DNA from: Carcharhinus longimanus
Taxonomy: Eukaryota
Assembly (NCBI GenBank): GCA_030264375.1
Contig: JASCQW010000043.1
Location: 89,652,178 to 89,716,177 of the forward strand
Length of the DNA stretch: 64,000 bases
Direction: 5' to 3'
Shown in pieces: positions 60,991-64,000 of this stretch (the stretch's first letter is position 1; each line of letters begins with the position of its first letter). Made by a program: the position numbers and the translations under genes. The notes below the pieces were generated by a model, which saw only the letters and a program-made list of their open reading frames with translations, was not told the origin of the DNA and did no database searches.

Positions 60991-61199
60991 GCTTGATGCC
61001 AGGATCCAATACTGGTAAGGAAAATAGACCCTTTCTACCCACTTGATCTAAGCCACTGAATTTTCTACATCTCAACTAAATCTTTCCTCGTTTCCTTTGT
61101 TCCAAAGAAAATAACCACAGCCAACCCAATTTTCTTCATAGCTAAAATTTCCTATTTTTGGCAGCATATTTGTAAATCTCCTCTAAAACCTCTAACTTT

Positions 61200-61345
61200 T
61201 CTTACAAACCAAGCGACATAACGATTTTGGGGAACCCACATGGGGAGAATCTGCAAACTCCACACAGTCACGCAAGGCCAGAATTGAACTGGGTCCCTGG
61301 CACTGTGAGATAGCAGAGCTAATTATTCTGCAACATGTCACCCCA
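61200..61345 (-). mobile_element. Degenerate V-SINE 5' part
   Basis: 'ggggagaatctgcaaactccacacagtca...aattgaactgggtccctggcactgtgag'. Confidence 0.75.
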
Positions 61346-64000
61346 TCAACATCACCAAAAGAGAATCTAGTCATTATTGCATTGCTCTTTGTGGCAGTTT
61401 GCAGTGTGCTAATTGTCTGCTGTGTTTCCCACACCACACCAGTCATTATGGTTCAAAATGTACCTTAGTGGCTATAAAGAGCTTTAGGATATCCCAAGGT
61501 CATGAAAGATGCTATTTAATGCATTTTCTTTTCCTTATCCTTTCCTGACATTTCCCATGTTTTGTTATTTACCCGGCCTTTCCATTCCCAAAAATTTCCA
61601 ATATTGACAGATTGTATCTTTGTTCTGGTCTTGGGTTCATTTTCCATCTATTCCTTGAATAAGATGGGTTATTAATCAGTTCTTGCTTTGGAATGTAGCC
61701 AAGTCATTAGTTGTTAACAGGAATAATGAAATCATGCTATAATGCAGAATTGTGATACAATTCAGTCATGGAGGGGATGATTGTTGTTAGACTGCAACAC
61801 CTTAGATGCTGCCAGGATGGGTTGGAATGGAAAATTGTATCGCTATGTTTATTTCTGTAACTCAATAAAATAGTTTGTACTGGTTGCTTTAAAATTGCAG
61901 TGAGGATCATTTATAAATTGCATGAAAATTCTGAGCTAACTTTCCCAACTCTGGAATATTAGCCAATACCATCAGTAGGTTAATAATTAGAACTCTTGCA
62001 GAGAAGGGATTTGAATATGCAGTATATTTTAGCAGGAAAATTGTAACTCAAAATGATAGTCTTTTAAAAAGCCTACATAGTGTTCAATAGTACTAACCAC
62101 CACAATGTAGAATGACCTTAAGTGTACAATCCCACTTTTAAAATGATATTTTCTGGGGAAAATGTAGATAGTCATTGAATGAGTATGTACTGTTTATTTA
62201 GGACTTTTTTACCTGTTGGTACTTTTTTAACATTCTGTTTTGAAAACTCTTGACTGTGGAGCTCATGGCTCTAAATACATTCTTGGATGAACAATGTTTG
62301 AAAAAAACAGGTTAGGATATAGGATATTTTGATTAATTTTAGTCATGTCACTCCAGAAATAAATAGTGCTCATTATTTTAATTTTACACAGTCATTAATT
62401 TTAAACATATTTATCTCAGAAAGTAATGCATTCCAATTTCCTGAGCAATATATTTATTGTGAAAGGCAAAATTGTCTTTGCGATCTTCAAAAACTCGGGT
62501 GAGGTATGACATTATAGCTCTACTTGGCTAGACACTAAAAACAAAATGTTGAATGACCTTTCAACCAAAGCACAATCAAAATTTAAGGTTTTGATAACTT
62601 TAATTAGGCTACAAAAGTGCCTTTTAAAATGACTATTGCCAACTAAATTATTTTAAGAAGTTACCTTTGCTGGTCCACTTCTACTTTGGAGTCCTTACAA
62701 TGAGAATTAATTGTGATGTTACAGCTCCCCAATCTTTTGGTGCAAAAAGCCTACCCCAATTAAGGAACCAATTTATATCAATAGACTGTAACCTCTCCAG
62801 TATGAAAATCCACCGTTCAGGAACATCAAGAACTGTTGAAATTATTTTGAGTAGACCCTCATCGTCATTTTAGGATAGTACTTTGGGAGTGGAAACCTGA
62901 AATATACTTTGTGGATAAATAAAATGGTTTGTATTACTGCTTTATGGTGCTTTATCACAGTTTTATGCTTCAGGTTCAGTAAATATTTGTACCTATGATA
63001 TTTTCCATTTCACACACTTGTGGTTAGGCATTCTAGCTCCATTGTATAATCCAGCAAATTCACAAATCTAGAAATGACATGGTCCCAATTACTCCAGTTG
63101 GGAAAGGTTATAGAGTTTGTTTCATTTTAAACTAAGGAATTATAAACAAATACTTTTATTCATACTGTGGAATATTAACTTAATTTTCCTGACTGAACTG
63201 TGTATGGATAAAATAACATTGATCCAAGAAGGAGAGTAAGTGTAATCATACCATTAACATGTGTGTGAACTCCAGTCATTAAGCTGACATGATGCAGCAA
63301 ACTGATTATTACTTTGTTGGATACTGAAAATTGAAACTTCTCACTGGGCTGATAAGAATGATCAAATATAACTTCAGTCCAGATTTGTTATTCATCTTGC
63401 ATGTTATTATTTATCACTTTTTTTTCACAGCTTGTGGGCTTAACATGCAGGAGGGAAATTTAAAAAAAATCAAGTCTTGACAATGTCAATGTAACCTAGG
63501 CAAGCACTGTGATAATTTGTAATGGGCTTTGCTCACTAGTCTTGAGGTGAAATTCACGTAACTAAATTGGAAGTGACACTTGGACAGTGGTGGGGAAACA
63601 GCAGATGGAAGATAAGGAGGGATCAGGCAGCAGATGCCAGTCACAATAAACCAGGTAAAACACCACAAGGTCACGGACTTGCAGCAGCAGATAACTAGGC
63701 AATGGATACATGTTCATCATGGCTTATCCCTTTATCCGGAGGCCCAAGGATTTCCGCTGTTCCTTTAGAAGTAATAAAATCCCTGTTGGGAAATTCATTG
63801 TCTTGGATCATGAAGCAGAGCTAATCCAGGAAAGACCACCAAATTCAGTCTGCATTCTATTAGAATGAAAATGTTGTATCTTCACTGCTATCAACTTTCA
63901 CTGAGGGACTAGTACCACTAAAATAAGGTATTGTCATACACAAACGATTTGGAAACATTTCTGGCTGCTCTCTGCAGTTTAAAATCCGCATTACACACCT

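Noticed and set aside
499-63674. Most ORFs in the supplied track as host genes
   Set aside because: They are short, lack recognisable domains, span N gaps, or are frames of decayed transposons. The real gene here is spliced.
9700-64000. Exons of a downstream neighbour gene (SLC24A2 is the neighbour in human)
   Set aside because: I found no matching peptide on either strand by eye. A small exon could have been missed.
1-64000. CRISPR arrays, operons or other prokaryotic systems
   Set aside because: No regularly spaced repeat-spacer array and no gene-dense region; the content is vertebrate.

Overview
Vertebrate genomic DNA, almost certainly a shark: it carries HE1-type V-SINEs, Deu-domain SINEs and shark-type CR1 and Penelope repeats. 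It is a draft scaffold with about 12 N-gaps. The only host gene I can recognise is the 3' end of MLLT3/AF9 on the + strand: penultimate coding exon 374-445, last coding exon 7276-7407, and a repeat-free 3' UTR of about 2.3 kb. Neither exon appears in the supplied ORF track. The remaining ~54 kb has no recognisable host gene and is filled with nested, mostly dead mobile elements. These are CR1, L2, Rex1 and RTE LINEs, L1/Tx1 fragments, Penelope-like elements with minimal hammerhead-ribozyme motifs, a Gypsy pol remnant, two fossil PIF/Harbinger transposons with their MITEs, an internally deleted class I endogenous retrovirus, solo-LTR-like sequences and several SINE families. Repeat-poor blocks between them are candidate conserved non-coding elements. 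I see no intact novel protein-coding system. The items most worth following up are the palindromic double-hammerhead Penelope-derived elements, the minimised gag/RNaseH-IN/TM provirus and the two-gene Harbinger fossils. All family assignments come from motif recognition by eye; no database search was run, and repeat boundaries are approximate.
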